Below are positions 45,748 to 57,709 of a stretch of DNA of 64,000 nt, in pieces. The stretch spans positions 3,028,578 to 3,092,577 of the forward strand of contig CP136572.1 of assembly GCA_035193785.1 (NCBI GenBank). The letters are read 5' to 3'. The notes below the pieces were generated by a model. That model was not told where the DNA came from, made no database searches, and saw only the letters and a list, made by a program, of their open reading frames with translations. Source of the DNA: Planktothrix sp. GU0601_MAG3. Lineage in GTDB: Bacteria; Cyanobacteriota; Cyanobacteriia; Cyanobacteriales; Microcoleaceae. Position 1 is the first letter of the stretch. Each line of letters starts with the position of its first letter. Both the position numbers and the translations under genes were made by a program.

Positions 45748-47116
45748 ATGTACTTGATTACTCAACCTATATTATCAATAGAAACCATGGATTCTTTCAT
45801 TGCTGGAATTATTTTTGTTGGGGTAATTATTTTAATCATGGGGGAATGGTTACACCTCACCATTGCAGCGTTTTTAGGTGCTCTCCTCCTGGTTTTTTTC
45901 CACGTTATGACTTTAACCGAGGCGGTTAGTTATATCAGCCGAAGTTATGCAACTTTAGCCCTATTTTTTGGGGTAATGGTTTTAGTTCGTGCCTTTGAAC
46001 CGACTAAAATTTTTGATTATTTAGCCGTTAAAATGATTTTGATGGCGAAGGGAGAAGGGAAACGGTTACTGTTAGGAATTGTAGCCTTAACTACCCCCAT
46101 TTGTGCCATGTTACCCAATGCCACAACGGTAATGTTATTAGCGCCTTTAATTCCCCCTATTGCTCAGGATTTAGGGATTGATTTTGTCCCTTTATTAATT
46201 TTAATGGTCTTCATTGCTAATAGTTTCAGGATTATTAACCTTAGTTGGAGATCCTGCCACATTTATTGTCGGAGATGCTATTAATATTAGCTTTGTTGAT
46301 TACCTACAACGCTTGAGTATTGGGGGAGCATTAGCGGTGGTGAGTGTAGTGATTTTATTACCAATTTTATTCCGTAAAACCTGGAATACAAAATTTGAAC
46401 ATTTAGAAGATTTACCCCATCCTAAAATTAATCATCCCCGCACTTTAGCAATGGGGGGTTTAATTATGGTCTTTGTTTTAACCTTTTTTGTAATTGGAGA
46501 AACCTTACCCGTTCCCATTTCTCCGGCGGCGGTGGCCTTATTAGGGGCGGCTTTAGCTTTGATGTTAGCCCATCATAGTAAAATTGATACCGTTAATAAT
46601 ATTTTACGAGATTTAGACTGGAGTACCTTAATTTTCTTTATGTCAATTTTTGTTTTAATTGGAGGATTAGAAAAAACTGGAGTGATTAGTAATTTATCGG
46701 GACTCCTGGCTATTATTTTAGGAAAAAATATCGCTCTTGGTTCAATTTTACTGTTAGTAACAGTAGGACTTATTTCTAGTGTTGTGCCTAATATTCCCTT
46801 AGTGGTGGCGATGGTTCCCCTATTAAAACAATATTTAGTTAATGTAGGATTTGTCGGTGCAGAAGTGCTTGATCCGGCTTTTAACGGACAGTTTCCCCCG
46901 GAAGTATTACCGCTATTTTATGCGATGATGTTTGGGGCAACCTTGGGTGGAAATGGCACATTAGTGGGGGCTTCTTCTAATATTGTCGCCGCCGGAATTT
47001 CTGAACTACATGGGCGAACAATTTCCTTTAAAACCTTTCTTCATTATGGGATTCCAGTCATGGCTGTGCAAATATTTGTGGCGATGTTGTATGTCACCTT
47101 TGCCTTCCTAATTTAA
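45748..47116 (+). CDS. ArsB/NhaD/SLC13 (IT superfamily) permease (+1 frameshift at 46223)
   Basis: Motifs PNATTV, ANSSGLLTLVGDP (after correction), PNIPLV and LGGNGTLVGASSN. Confidence 0.9.
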
Positions 47117-49159
47117 ACCGGGGTCACAACCAGAATTTCTTCCTTTTTCCAATCTAAAACTGCATAAACTTCCACGGACTTTTGGCGACCTTTAACTTTA
47201 ATTTCACCTAAACTTTTGAGAACAATACCATGATGTTCGGCAATGGCGGCGGCCGTTGATTCATTAATTAAAATCGTGTATTCAGGATATTCTTTAGTTA
47301 GGGTTTCCAAACGCGCCGCCACATTTACTGCATCCCCAATCACCGTATATAATAACCGTTCTAAGGAACCAATTTGTCCAGCAACAACTTCTCCACTACT
47401 AATACCAATTCCCGTTTGAATGGGAACTTCACCCCGTTGAATTCGCCGTTGATTTAGTTCTTCTAAACGTTCACGCATGGTTAATGCCGCCGCCACGGAA
47501 ACGCCATTCTGTTTCTGCTGGGGATAAAGGCGCTCCGAAAATCACCACAATTGCATCCCCAATAAAATTATTTACATATCCACCCCAAGGACGAATTGCA
47601 TCGGTCATTTCGGTTAGATATTCATTTAAAAATGCCACCACTTCTTGGGGTTGCATCTGTTCCGATAGGGTAGAAAAATTGCGAATATCGGTAAATAAAA
47701 CCGATACCCAACAGAGTTCTCCTCCTAATTTTAATTGACCTTGTAATAATTTTTCTCGCACTTCCGGGGAAACCACACGGCCAAAAATATCCCGTTCTCG
47801 CTCTCTTTCTCGGAGTCCCAAAATCATATTATTAATCGCATGGGTCAAAATTTCTAACTCTTGACAGGTTTCAATCTTCAGTTTTTCAACTTCTAAATCT
47901 CCATTTTCAACGCGATGAGTCACTTCTTTAATCTGATTAATCGGTTTGACCAATAATCGATCACTAATGGTGATCACTAAACCCGTGGTTCCTAAAATCA
48001 ATATTGTCACAAACCCGAATAAAATTTTATTGTTTCTTTTTATTTTTCCCATGTATTGATCCTCTGGAATTACTGTTCCGATGAACCAATCTAATTTATT
48101 CATTGGAGTTACAGCAGGAGTGAGAGAGACATAATAATATTTGCCATTCTGGGGATTTTTAGATATCCACTGTTGGGGACTACTAAGCAGTTTTAGATCT
48201 ATTGCTTGTTCTTCTAGTGTTTTTACAGCTAACTGAAAATAGGGATTTTTAGAATATTTTAAGAGTTGCAGTTGGGGTTGATCTTGGCCTTTAATTTGAA
48301 TTGGCAAATGCTCATTGGCATCGGTGGAAGCAATCATTTCTCCTTTGGAATTAATCACAAAAACCTCAATATTTGATCGCCCTTTTTGTTGTTGTTGTAA
48401 ACGCTGAGAAATCTGTTTTAATTCAAACCCTACACCAATCACCCCTAAGAGTGCCGGTGGGTTTTCAACCCGCCAGTAGATGTTATTTGTTTGTTCTTCA
48501 TAAAGTGCGATATTAGAGTCAATTCCAGGGGTATTAGTAGAGCGATAAACATAGACTGTCCAAGCCGCCTGACCTGGGGTTTTCAGTGCGTCTCGATACC
48601 AAGGACGACCCGGGGTATACCAATTCGGTTCTTCGATTTTGGTGGTTTTAATTAATTGCAGTTTTTGGCTTGCTAATTCATAATTATCTGTTGTTTTAAT
48701 CGCTAATTTTCTTTCTTCATCCCATTCACGAAAATGCAGTTTAAACGTATTTTGCTTTTCAAAAGCTGTTGTTACCCTTTGAGCACCGACATAATCCCCA
48801 TTCGGATAGGCAAATTGTACAAAAGAAAAGTTGGGATTAGATTGCAGAATACTTAAAAAAAAGCGATCGCGTTCTTCAGGATTATTAATATCTACTATAT
48901 TACGATTAATGGCACTGCTAATAAAATCCTGGGTATAGTAAACATTTTGGAATAAATCGGTAAATTCTTTTGAAGTTGATAGGGCAATTTCTTCGTTGAT
49001 TTGAGTAACAATTTTATCAATATTTTTTTTAGAGGTAAAAAACCAAGGCAAATAAACAATTGCCGTTGTAAAGCTGATGGTTAAAACAATAAAACCAGTC
49101 AACATTGTTTTTAAACTTATGCTGGTTTTTGTTTTCTGTTGTTTTGTGATTTTTTTCAT
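47113..49159 (-). CDS. Class III adenylate/guanylate cyclase with TM, Cache-like and HAMP domains (+1 frameshift at 47498)
   Basis: RPWY Cache motif, HAMP, VLFTDIRNFSTLSE, FIGDAI, GIGISSG and YTVIGDAVNVAARLE. Confidence 0.92.
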
Positions 49160-49572
49160 CGTTATCTGGTGATAAAATTTAGTAAGTTAAATAAATTTTT
49201 TCCGTTTCCATGACCAGAATACAGCCATTTATAAAGCCGAAGTCTTCCGGTGGGAAAGTTTAAAAGTAGATGCTTTAGTCGATAGGACTCTATAAAATAG
49301 AGTGGATAATTTATTAATCTATTACCCGTAAATAATTTTAACCGATTGATACTGGATTAGATCAAGTTAACTTCCTAATCCTATTTGAGCAAAATCCACT
49401 GACATTCATCATATCTAACTTTTTTGATAACAATCCGCCAAGAGCTAAAATTTATGCCCAATTCCAACATAGGGATGTGGAATTTTCCTGATTAAGTTTC
49501 CTGATTAAGTTATGAATTTTTAGAAGAATAGTACAACTAGAGTATAATAGGATTCAGAATTTGGACAATAAT

Positions 49573-50797
49573 ATGTCAATTTCCCCCCGTAGGAAGCAGG
49601 CATTCTTGAAATTGATCGGGATTATTTTTTGTATAGTAACCATTGTAGCCATCCTGGTGACAACGGGAGATTTTGCCATTTCAAGCAACAATATTTTATC
49701 GAAGGAAACAACAGGAAAAACTGCTGAAACCCAGACAATACCTGTTACTTTTCAACCTAATTCAGAGCAACTATCACTCACTCTTAATAGTCAGGGAAAG
49801 GAAGTTATCGACTTACAAACTGAAACTGAAAAAACGAGGATATTACCCGGGCGCACTGGATGGAGTCTATGGAGAAGGGACACAAGAGGCTGTTTATAAT
49901 TTGCAAGTTAGCATGGGCTTGGAGGCAACGGGAATAGTTGATCCTCAAACTTGGCAATACCTCCAACCCGATGATAGCACAAGGGCTGAGGTAGCCTCCA
50001 CCATCGGTTTAACCACTGCCTCTGCCAGTTTTTCCCCCGACTTGCAAACTATTGTAGATCGAAATCAGCTAATTGTTGCCATTATAGGAGTTGATATTCC
50101 TCCATTTTTTGTCGAAAATCAACAGGGTAATTTAACTGGGTCAGATATTAAAATAGCCCAAGATTTAGCTACGGCTTTAGGTGTTTCTCTCAAAATTGAT
50201 CGCACGGCTAAAACCTTTAATGATGTCGTAGATATCATTAATTCTCGAAAAGCTGATTTAGGGGTTTCTAAACTAAGTCAGACCTTAACCAGAGCTAAAA
50301 TGGTTTCTTTTTCCCGTCCCTATTTAACCTTAAGGCATGGTCTATTAATCAATCGTTTACAATTAGCAAAAGCCTCAAAAGGGAAAGATACGGTTGATTT
50401 TTTAAAGAATTTTGAAGGAAAAATTGGGGTGATTAAAGGATCATCCTATGTGGGATTTACCAAAGATAAATTTCCCCAAGCTAAAATTGTTGAATTTACG
50501 ACTTGGGAGGATGTAATTAAAGCCGCAATCAACGGTGATGTTTTAGCCGCCTATCGGGATGAGTTAGAAGTAAAAAAAATTCTTTTGAATCAACCTAATA
50601 TAGCATTAAATTTTAAAACAGTTGCCCTCTCAGATAGTTACGATCCGATTGCAATTGCCCTTCCTTGGTCAAGTGGGCATCTTTTACAATTTGTTAATCT
50701 CTACCTAGACTTGAACAAAATCAACTATACCGTTGATAGTCTGATTGAAGAATATTCTGATATCTTTGGAAAACCTGGACAACCCAAAAAACAATAA
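49573..50797 (+). CDS. Peptidoglycan-binding domain fused to a family-3 amino-acid substrate-binding protein (+1 frameshift at 49822)
   Basis: TM anchor; PG_binding_1-like VIDLQTELKKRGYYPGALDGVYG...GIVDPQTW; SBP motifs PPFF, GSDIKIA, FSRPYL and IGVIKGSSY. Confidence 0.85.
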
Positions 50798-50811
50798 ATA
50801 TTATCCTGAAA

Positions 50812-52131
50812 ATGCTGAAAAAATATTTTAATTCTGCTCAATTATTCACAATCTTGCGCCATCCATTGGCGATTGTTCCAGGAATTATCTTAGGGCTATA
50901 TTTTGGCATATTCCAAAAGGAAATATCGGCTTTTTTAACGCCCTTTGGTAACTTGTATTTAGCCCTATTAAAAATGTGTGTTTTGCCGATATTATTCTCG
51001 GCAACAACCGTGAGTGTTGGCCGATTAATTAATAGTGAAAATACTCAGAAATATATTAAACGCATTCTGTTAGTTTTTTCCGTTGGACTATTGGCCTGTA
51101 GCGTCATCGGTATGACCCTAGCTGTCGTGACTAATCCAGGGGGAAATTTAGATGAATCAACTTTAACAGCTTTAGGGGTAATTGTTAATTCATCGGAACT
51201 AGATTTAGAAGTATCTTTGAGTAGTGATACCCCGAAACCAGAAGAAAATTCTATGTTAATATCTTTTTTATTCAACTTAATTCCTGACAATATTTTTTCG
51301 GCTTTGAGCGAGGGCAATACTCTCAAAATTTTGTTTTTTTCAATTATTTTCGGCATCGCTTTGGGGTCGGTAAAAGAATCATCATCTTCCAGCTTGTTTC
51401 TGCTGCTTGATACTATTTATAAGAGTTCAAAACAATTAATTGATTGGCTGATTCTGCTCTTACCTTTTGGCTTATTTTGTCTACTGGCCAGCCAAATTGC
51501 TAAAACGGGGTTTGGAATTGTTCTGGCTATGGGTGATTTTGTCGGAGTGGTGATTTTCACCTATGCTTTAATCTATTTTCTCAGTACCTTAGTGGTTTCT
51601 AAAAAAGCTAAGACTTCCCTCAAGAATGTTTGTATAGCTTTAAAAGAACCCACCATATTAGCCCTAGCAACCCGAAGCAGTTTTTCCTGTTTACCCTCCT
51701 CTATTTCCTCCTTAACTGAAATCTTAAAATTTGATTTGCAAACGGTTGATTTAGTCACTCCCTTAGCGATTACAATTTGTCGATTTGGTTCCGTTGCCTA
51801 TTTTGCGATATCTTCGGTTTTTATTGCCCAATTGTATAATACATCCTTGAATTTATCGAGTTTTTTAATTATTATTATTGCCTCGATTTTTGCGGGCATG
51901 GCAACATCAGGAACAACGGGAGTTTTAACCCTAACTCTATTAGATTTAGTCCTAAGACCCCTGGGATTGCCCTTAGAAGCGGTGTTAGTCCTGTTAATTG
52001 CCATTGACCCGATTATTGACCCTTTCCGAACTTTGTGTATTGTTCATACGGCGATCGCTGCAACTTCAGTTGTTGCTGATACTAGAATTATGGTTGAATA
52101 TCCAGTAATAGACCAAATAGAAATGATCTAA
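50812..52131 (+). CDS. Dicarboxylate/amino acid:cation symporter (DAACS) family transporter, atypical
   Basis: Motifs YLALLKMCVLP, NLIPDNIFSAL, ILFFSIIFG, ATRSS and IDPIIDPFRT. Confidence 0.88.
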   Translation: MLKKYFNSAQLFTILRHPLAIVPGIILGLYFGIFQKEISAFLTPFGNLYLALLKMCVLPILFSATTVSVGRLINSENTQKYIKRILLVFSVGLLACSVIGMTLAVVTNPGGNLDESTLTALGVIVNSSELDLEVSLSSDTPKPEENSMLISFLFNLIPDNIFSALSEGNTLKILFFSIIFGIALGSVKESSSSSLFLLLDTIYKSSKQLIDWLILLLPFGLFCLLASQIAKTGFGIVLAMGDFVGVVIFTYALIYFLSTLVVSKKAKTSLKNVCIALKEPTILALATRSSFSCLPSSISSLTEILKFDLQTVDLVTPLAITICRFGSVAYFAISSVFIAQLYNTSLNLSSFLIIIIASIFAGMATSGTTGVLTLTLLDLVLRPLGLPLEAVLVLLIAIDPIIDPFRTLCIVHTAIAATSVVADTRIMVEYPVIDQIEMI

Positions 52132-52902
52132 ATTGCAGAATATCCCCAAGCTAAATCCAAGGTAATTTCAGCAATAATTTTCATCGGATCAACCCAAATT
52201 AAAGGCAAATCTGTTAAGTAATTAAAACCCACAGAAAGTTCCGTACATCCAGCAATCACTAATTCTGCACCCTGATCTGCTAACCAATGAGTCGCATTAA
52301 CTAAGATGTCTAAAGCCGGGGCAGAAACTTGAATTCCTGTGGCTTTAATTCCCCAAATCGGATGATAAATGGCATTCATAATCTGGTTTTGGACTTCAGA
52401 ATGTAAGGAAGGTTGAATCGAGTTCAGTCCCAATGCGGTTAAACTATGGTGATAAAGTTGGGTTTTGAGGGTTTCCGGTGGTTGCTAAAACCCCAATATT
52501 TTGATATTGCGGATAATGGGTTTGAATGAATAGACTTGTAGAATTCATCCAATGAATCCAAGGAATATTTAATTGAGGTTGAACTTGATCATAAAACGCA
52601 TGGGAAGTATTACAAGGAATCACTAAAAAATTAGCCCCGGCGGTTTGTAAAATTTTGCCATATTTAACTAACCAGGGGGTGCAATTTTCCGCCTCTCCAA
52701 TAATACTTTGAGTGCGGTTTGGAATATCCGTAGCATTAATTAACAACCAAACAGGATGCTCTTGATCACAACAGGCTCCTCGCGCTTGATTTAAAGCAAC
52801 TAAGTGCCGCTCTAATTCAATATGAGCCAAAGGCCCCAACCCCCCAATAATTCCCGGAATTGCTTGTTGTTTGATTAGCTGGTTCATAGATGAAATACCC
52901 AC
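52128..52902 (-). CDS. Aspartate/glutamate racemase family protein (+1 frameshift at 52471)
   Basis: GIIGGLGP; both catalytic cysteines present (IPCNT, AGCTEL); GVLATTGT after correction. Confidence 0.9.
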
Positions 52903-53171
52903 ATTTGATGTTTAAATCGAACCTGATTAGGATGAAACCGGAAAAATACAATATTTGTAATATTAAATCATTAAATTAGTGCTACAGATGGTAAAGCAAC
53001 AGGGATAAAAAGAGGGAATAGGGGATAGAAAAAAGTGATTAGCCATCCGATCAAGTATTTGTAGCAAACATTAAAGGATGGAATATAACTTCTGAAAAAC
53101 CTAAAAACCCTCTGCTCCAACAGCAAAGGGATGAATAGAATTGATGGCTAAAGCCCCGACTACGGGTTAAC

Positions 53172-54901
53172 TTAATTAATATGGGGTTGGGCTTCCAAAA
53201 CACTTTCAGGAACTCCCTCAAATTTATTAAAATTTTCCACAAATAACTGGGCTAATTGTTTAGCCTGTTTTTCGTAGGCTTGGGGATCTTTCCAAGTTTT
53301 CACCGGATCTAAAATTTCATCGGGAAACCCCGGGAATAGTTGCGGGTATTAAGACTTTAAAAACCGGATGGGGATTAAATTTTACCTGATCCAAATCTCC
53401 ACTCACCGCCGCCGATACCATGGCGCGAGTATGGGCAATAGCAACTCGTTCACCCACGCCATAGGGGCCCCCAGACCAGCCGGTATTGACTAAATAGACC
53501 TTAGTTTCTGGATGTTCTGCCAAACGTTTCCCCAATAATTTCCCATACACCGACGCAGCCAGGGGGAGGAAACATTTACCAAACCCGGCGGAAAAGGTAG
53601 CTTCTGGGTGTTTAATCCCCCGTTCGGTTCCGGCGACCTTACTGGTATAACCGGACATAAAATGATACATCGCCTGTAATGGGGTCAGTTTGGCGATCGG
53701 AGGTAACACACCAAAGGCATCTGCGGTCAGGAAAATAATGGTTTTGGGATGGCGACCAATGCCCGGAATCACGGCATTTGGGATATATTCGATGGGATAG
53801 GCAACCCGGGTATTTTCCGTTAAGCTACTATCGTCATAATCAGGAATACGGGTGTCATGGTCTAACACCACATTTTCCATCAACGCCCCAAACCGAATCG
53901 CATCCCAGATTTGGGGCTCCTGTTTCCCGGCGGAGTTTAATGGTTTTGGCATAACATCCCCCCTCAAAGTTGAACACCCCATGATCTGACCAGCCATGTT
54001 CATCATCCCCAATTAAACGGCGTTGGGGGTCAGCCGAGAGGGTAGTTTTTCCGGTTCCCGATAGACCAAAAAAGAGGGCGGTGTTTCCGTCTGTATCCAT
54101 ATTGGCGGCACAGTGCATGGGTAGCACATCAGCTTTGGTCATAAAGTAATTCATCAGGGAAAATACGGATTTTTTGATTTCTCCGGCGTATTTAGACCCC
54201 CCAATAATCACCATTTTTTTTGATAAGTTCAGAACAATAAAAGCCTCACTATTAATTCCGTCATCTTCGGGGTCGGCGTGTAACCCAGGAACCGCAATTA
54301 CGGTAAAATCGGCGTGGTGGGTTTTCAGTTGTTCCGGGGTGGGGCGAATAAACAGTTGTTGAGCAAATAAACTTTGGGAGGCTCTTTCGGTAATCACTCG
54401 CACTCCATATTGGTATTTAGAATCAGCCCCAACATAACCATCAAAAATATATAAATCCCGTCCTTGAACATAAGACCGCACTCGACGACACAGCCGATCA
54501 AAATTAAATTCTGGGATCGGAACATTGGTTTTGCTCCAGTGAATTTCATCCCGATTTTCGGCTTCATCTACCATATATTTATCATGGGGTGAACGTCCGG
54601 TATATTTTCCGGTTTTCACACACAGCGCCCCGTTAGCACTCAAAATCCCTTCGGTGCGAGCAATCGAATGTTCTACTAAAATGGGAATGGATAAATTCCG
54701 ATAAACATGACCTAGATTTCTCAGTCCTAATTCCCCTAAACCATAATCAGATAATTCTAATAAAGCCGGTTGTTCTGTATATTTTATCGGGGTATGATTT
54801 GTGGGAAAATCCCCTTGATGATTGGCTAATCGACTATTAACTAATATGGCGGAAGACACGTCTTGATAAGGGTTTCGATTAATAGATCTAGTGGTTTCCA
54901 T
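53172..54901 (-). CDS. pckA: Phosphoenolpyruvate carboxykinase (ATP) (+1 frameshifts at 53324 and 53922)
   Basis: Motifs TGKYTGRSP, YAGEIKK, FFGLSGTGKTTLS, LIGDDEHGW, NFEGGCYAK and YLVNTGW. Confidence 0.96.
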
Positions 54902-55364
54902 AGTGAGTATCTCCAGTAGATAAATATTAAATATGAAGTTTTTTGCAATTAGGATTAATCAAAAAAGGGTAAAAAATTAATAACCTGTCGAAGTGACAAA
55001 CTCAGTTTGAAGCCAGCCACTTTTCTCCAACTGATTCGTTTGATGTCTGGGTTGAGATTGCCCGTCTAACCCTGGCAACACAGCATTACAGATAACTGGG
55101 ATATAAATATTCAGAAAAGAAACAACGAGTTTGATATTTAATCTCTAGTTTAACCCTTTGTCGGTATCTAATCCAGATTGAGTCGAAAGTTAATCAATTT
55201 CCATTAGCTTTCGCTACTAATCATCATACACAGATTTGAATTTTTGAATATTAACTTTTTTTAAAATATTCTTGTATTTTTCTTTCAATTGTTTAAGAAA
55301 TGATGCTAAGGCGTAGCTTTTGCATCAAAATTTTATCCTCAGCTAAAAATGTCACAATTCCTTG

Positions 55365-55514
55365 ATATAGCAATCCTATTTGAGTTGTGTTCAAAATTCC
55401 TGAGCAAAAGGGAACGGGGAACGGGGAACACCGGATCTGGGGTAATACTTCTGACTGTTTCATATCAGTATTGAAATGTTACAACCTCCGTCTCGAAGGC
55501 GCGGATTGCTATAT
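55365..55514. mobile_element. MITE-like element, 150 bp
   Basis: Perfect 12-bp terminal inverted repeats ATATAGCAATCC / GGATTGCTATAT; no ORF; the right 91 bp are repeated at 7181-7271. Confidence 0.7.
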
Positions 55515-55642
55515 AAACAGTAAAAAAACAGCATACCTGTGGTGATTGTAACAAAAAAACTAAAAATTTTCAGTGAATAATAGGGATCGGTGTAAACAAT
55601 TATGACAAAATAGGGAAAATTTATTTTCCACTTCTTAGGAAT

Positions 55643-57068
55643 ATGTACGAAAAAATCACTCCACCGACCACAGGCGAGAAAGTTACCTTCAAAAATGGCG
55701 AACCCATTGTCCCGAATAATCCGATTATTCCGTTCATTCGGGGAGATGGTACAGGGATTGACCTCTGGCCAGCCACCGAGAAGGTTTTAGACGCGGCGGT
55801 TGCGGCTTCCTACGGAGATCAACGTAAAATTAGTTGGTTCAAGGTCTACGCCGGGGACGAAGCCTGCGAACTCTACGGCACTTATCAATATTTACCGGAA
55901 GACACCACCACCGCCATCAGGGAATATGGTGTCGCCATTAAAGGGCCATTAACCACTCCCATCGGAGGCGGGATTCGGTCTTTAAATGTGGCATTACGAC
56001 AAATTCATGATCTGTATGCCTGTGTACGTCCGTGTAAATATTATACCGGAACTCCTTCCCCCCACAAAACCCCGGAAAAATTAGATGTGATTATCTATCG
56101 GGAAAATACCGAAGATATTTATTTAGGAATTGAATGGCGGCAGGGATCGGAAATTGCGGAAAAATTAATTCATTTTCTGAATACGGAGTTAATTCCGGCG
56201 ACTCCTGAACATGGGAAAAAACAAATTCGCCTTGATTCTGGCATTGGGATTAAACCTATTAGTAAAACCGGGTCTCAACGGTTAGTTCGTCGGGCTATTT
56301 ATCAAGCGTTGCGTCTACCTAAAAACAAACAAATGGTGACGCTGGTGCATAAAGGTAATATTATGAAATATACCGAAGGCGCCTTCCGCGATTGGGGTTA
56401 TGAACTGGCAACTACGGAATTTCGCAATGAATGTGTCACCGAACGGGAATCTTGGATTTTAGGGAATAAAGAAAAAAATCCCGATCTATCTTTAGAGGAT
56501 AATGCTCGTCAAATTGAACCGGGTTATGATTCCCTAACTCCTGAGAAAAAAGCTGAAATTTCTCAAGAAGTGGAAGGAGTTCTCAATACTATTTGGGAAA
56601 CCCACGGGAATGGGAAATGGAAAGAAAAAATTATGGTCAATGACCGGATTGCCGATAGTATTTTCCAACAGATTCAAACCCGTCCCGATGAGTATTCTAT
56701 CCTGGCTACGATGAACTTAAACGGGGATTATTTATCCGATGCGGCTGCCGCCATGGTCGGAGGTTTAGGCATGGGCCCAGGGGCAAATATTGGCGATGAA
56801 TGTGCTATTTTTGAGGCAACCCATGGCACTGCACCCAAACACGCCGGACTGGATCGGGTTAACCCAGGATCTATGATTTTATCGGGAGTGATGATGTTAG
56901 AATATATGGGTTGGCAGGAAGCCGCTGATTTGATTAAAAAAGGGTTAAGTGGAGCGATCGCTAATCAAGAAGTCACTTATGATTTAGCTCGGTTAATTGA
57001 AACCGCCTGTTACACCCTTGAAATGTTCAGAATTTGCCGATGCAATTATTAAGCATTTCAATGATTAA
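55643..57068 (+). CDS. icd: NADP-dependent isocitrate dehydrogenase (+1 frameshift at 56999)
   Basis: Motifs [33 protein letters not shown] and [10 protein letters not shown]; the corrected end reads [22 protein letters not shown]. Confidence 0.97.
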
Positions 57069-57072
57069 TTTC

Positions 57073-57146
57073 GTAGTGAGTCCTTTAGGACTCTAATTAA
57101 GCCCTGAAGGGCTTACTACTATGTAGTGAGTCCTTTAGGACTCTAA
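57073..57146. repeat. REP cluster (GTAGTGAGTCCTTTAGGACTC family)
   Basis: Two direct copies (57073, 57123) flank an inverted variant AAGCCCTGAAGGGCTTACTAC. Confidence 0.8.
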
Positions 57147-57235
57147 TCTTTTTAATCATCTCAATCTTCTTCCGTAGCCAGTTAATATTAGATTGTGATA
57201 AAATCAGTTAAATTGTACGGATAAATAATCAAAAT

Positions 57236-57397
57236 ATGAAAATTAAAGTCATTGTTTGGCAAGAAGATAATGTTTGGTGTGCGAGTGTTCCGGCGTTACC
57301 CGGTTGTCATACTTGGGGTGAGAGTTATGAACATTTAATGGAAATGGTGAAAGAGGCGATCGAAGGTTGGTTAGAAGTTGCTAGTGAACAACAGTAA
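57236..57397 (+). CDS. HicB-family antitoxin, short and orphan (below the ORF-track cutoff)
   Basis: Manual translation: MKIKVIVWQEDNVWCASVPALPGCHTWGESYEHLMEMVKEAIEGWLEVASEQQ. Confidence 0.8.
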   Translation: MKIKVIVWQEDNVWCASVPALPGCHTWGESYEHLMEMVKEAIEGWLEVASEQQ

Positions 57398-57505
57398 CAC
57401 CTGAACTGTGTTAAAAAAGCGATCGCACATCCAACTTCCCCACAAAAATGATAAAATGCTATAATCTGCTCGGACTGTTTTATCAAAAACTTGAAATAAT
57501 ATTTT

Positions 57506-57709
57506 ATGGCTATGAACGTTGAACAAATTGAAAAGGCAATTTTAAATCTTTCTGAACAAGATTTTAGTAAATTACGCAATTGGTTATTAGACTTAGATTA
57601 TCAACAATGGGATAAACAGTTAGAACAAGATATAATAAAGGGTAAACTTGATGATATAGCCTCTGAAGCACTTGCTGAATTTGAAGCCGGAGATTATCAA
57701 GAAATGTAA
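57506..57709 (+). CDS. Putative antitoxin
   Basis: Motifs VEQIEKAILNL and WDKQLEQDIIKGKLD; TAATG-coupled to a RelE/ParE-like gene. Confidence 0.75.
   Translation: MAMNVEQIEKAILNLSEQDFSKLRNWLLDLDYQQWDKQLEQDIIKGKLDDIASEALAEFEAGDYQEM

Noticed and set aside
49484..49509. 13-bp tandem repeat TTTCCTGATTAAG as an operator
   Set aside because: Only two copies, no cognate regulator nearby, and the junction contains GTTTC, which may itself be an error.
52128..52902. Microcystin mcyF or a toxin biosynthesis cluster
   Set aside because: No NRPS/PKS genes are present in the window; racemase family membership alone is insufficient.
54960..55200. Riboswitch in the pckA leader
   Set aside because: Only one hairpin is visible and I recognise no aptamer consensus.
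55520..55642. NtcA site upstream of icd
   Set aside because: No exact GTA-N8-TAC was found; near matches have the wrong spacing.
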